A stretch of DNA of 64,000 bases, from positions 27,900,001-27,964,000 of the forward strand of contig OZ231126.1 of NCBI GenBank assembly GCA_965153355.1, given 5' to 3'. Positions 62,875-64,000 of the stretch are shown one piece after another; position 1 is the first letter of the stretch, and each line of letters opens with the position of its first letter. The notes under the pieces are model-generated. The model ran no database searches. It saw only the letters and a list, made by a program, of their open reading frames with translations, and was not told the DNA's origin. A program made the translations under genes and the position numbers. The DNA comes from Flaccisagitta enflata (Eukaryota).

Positions 62875-64000
62875 AGTCTATCTATCAAACTGTCTATCAA
62901 GGTGTCTGTCTATCAAAGTGTCTGTCTATCAAAGTTTCTGTCTATTAAAGTGTCTGTCTATCAAAGTGTCTGTCTATCAAAGTGTCTGTCTATCAAAGTG
63001 TCTGTCTACCAAAGTGTCTGTCTACCAAAGTGTCTGTCTATCAAAGTGTCTGTCTATCAAAGTGTCTGTCTATCAAAGTGTCTGTCTATCAAAGTGTATG
63101 TCTATCAAAGTGTCTGTCTATCAAAGTGTCTGTCTATCAAAGTGTCTGTCTATCAAAGTGTCTGTCTATCAAAGTGTCTGTCTATCAAAGTGTCTGTCTA
63201 TCAAAGTGTCTGTCTATCAAAGTGTCTGTCTATCAAAGTGTCTGTCTATCAAAGTGTCTGTCTATCAAAGTGTCTGTCTATCAAAGTGTCTGTCTATCAA
63301 AGTGTCTGTCTATCAAAGGGTCTGTCTTTCAAAGTGTCTGTCTTTCAAAGTGTCTGTCTATTAAACTGTCTGTCTATCACACTGTCTGTCTATCAAACTG
63401 TCTGTCTATCAAACTGTCTGTCTATCAAACTGTCTGTCTATCAAACTGTCTGTCTATTAAACTGTCTGTCTATCCAACTGTCTGTCTATCCAACTGTCTG
63501 TCTATCCAACTGTCTGTCTATCCAACTGTCTGTTTATCCAACTGTCTGTCTACCCAACTGTCTGTCTACCCAACTGTCTGTCTACCCAACTGTCTGTCTA
63601 CCCAACTGTCTGTCTACCCAACTGTCTGTCTACCCAACTGTCTGTCTACCCAACTGTCTGTCTACCCAACTGTCTGTCTACCCAACTGTCTGTCTACCCA
63701 ACTGTCTGTCTACCCAACTGTCTGTCTACCCAACTGTCTGTCTACCCAACTGTCTGTCTACCCAACTGTCTGTCTACCCAACTGTCTGTCTACCCAACTG
63801 TCTGTCTACCCAACTGTCTGTCTACCCAACTGTCTGTCTATTAAACTGTCTGTCTATTAAACTGTCTGTCTATCAAACTGTCTGTCTATCAAACTGTCTG
63901 TCTATCAAACTGTCTGTCTATCAAACTGTCTGTCTATCAAACTGTCTGTCTATCAAACTGTCTGTCTATCAAACTGTCTGTCTATCAAACTGTCTGTCTA
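62875..64000. repeat. 16-bp minisatellite (TGTCTGTCTATCAAAG/C)n running off the window end
   Basis: About 70 units in variant blocks (ATCAAAG, ATCAAAC, ATCCAAC, ACCCAAC). Confidence 0.97.

Noticed and set aside
62717-63860. Long ORFs in 16-bp repeats (also 4927-5301) and in (CT)n/(CA)n tracts such as 61284-62000
   Set aside because: Simple-repeat artefacts with no protein-like complexity.

Overview
Repeat-rich animal (invertebrate-like) nuclear DNA with spliceosomal introns. Three host genes can be rebuilt by hand from GT-AG exons. (1) The last 14 coding exons of a CARMIL/LRRC16 capping-protein regulator (+, 2530-17352). (2) A complete 9-exon cathepsin A / S10 serine carboxypeptidase gene (-, 51413-31205, 479 aa, intact Ser-Asp-His triad). 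(3) The first coding exon of an rdgB/PITPNM phosphatidylinositol transfer protein (+, 59946-60038). Cathepsin A intron 6 carries a full-length 12.5-kb Bel/Pao LTR retrotransposon (35006-47476) with 791-bp LTRs about 99% identical, a GTAGG target duplication and a decayed gag-pol. Its most unusual feature is the lack of a recognisable tRNA primer-binding site. Instead, the 12 nt right after the 5' LTR are the exact reverse complement of a 12-mer inside the LTR, which itself starts at a canonical 3' splice site. This suggests Tf1-like self-primed reverse transcription in a Bel/Pao element. The element also has a ~770-codon non-env ORF after integrase. The rest is deeply nested non-autonomous DNA elements: hAT, Tc1/mariner-like, Kolobok-like, Helentron/HINE-like, and a Transib/RAG-like MITE with heptamer-23bp-nonamer ends. 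Micro- and minisatellites are abundant, and four arrays share a 16-bp unit. All calls come from reading the sequence; no database search was run.
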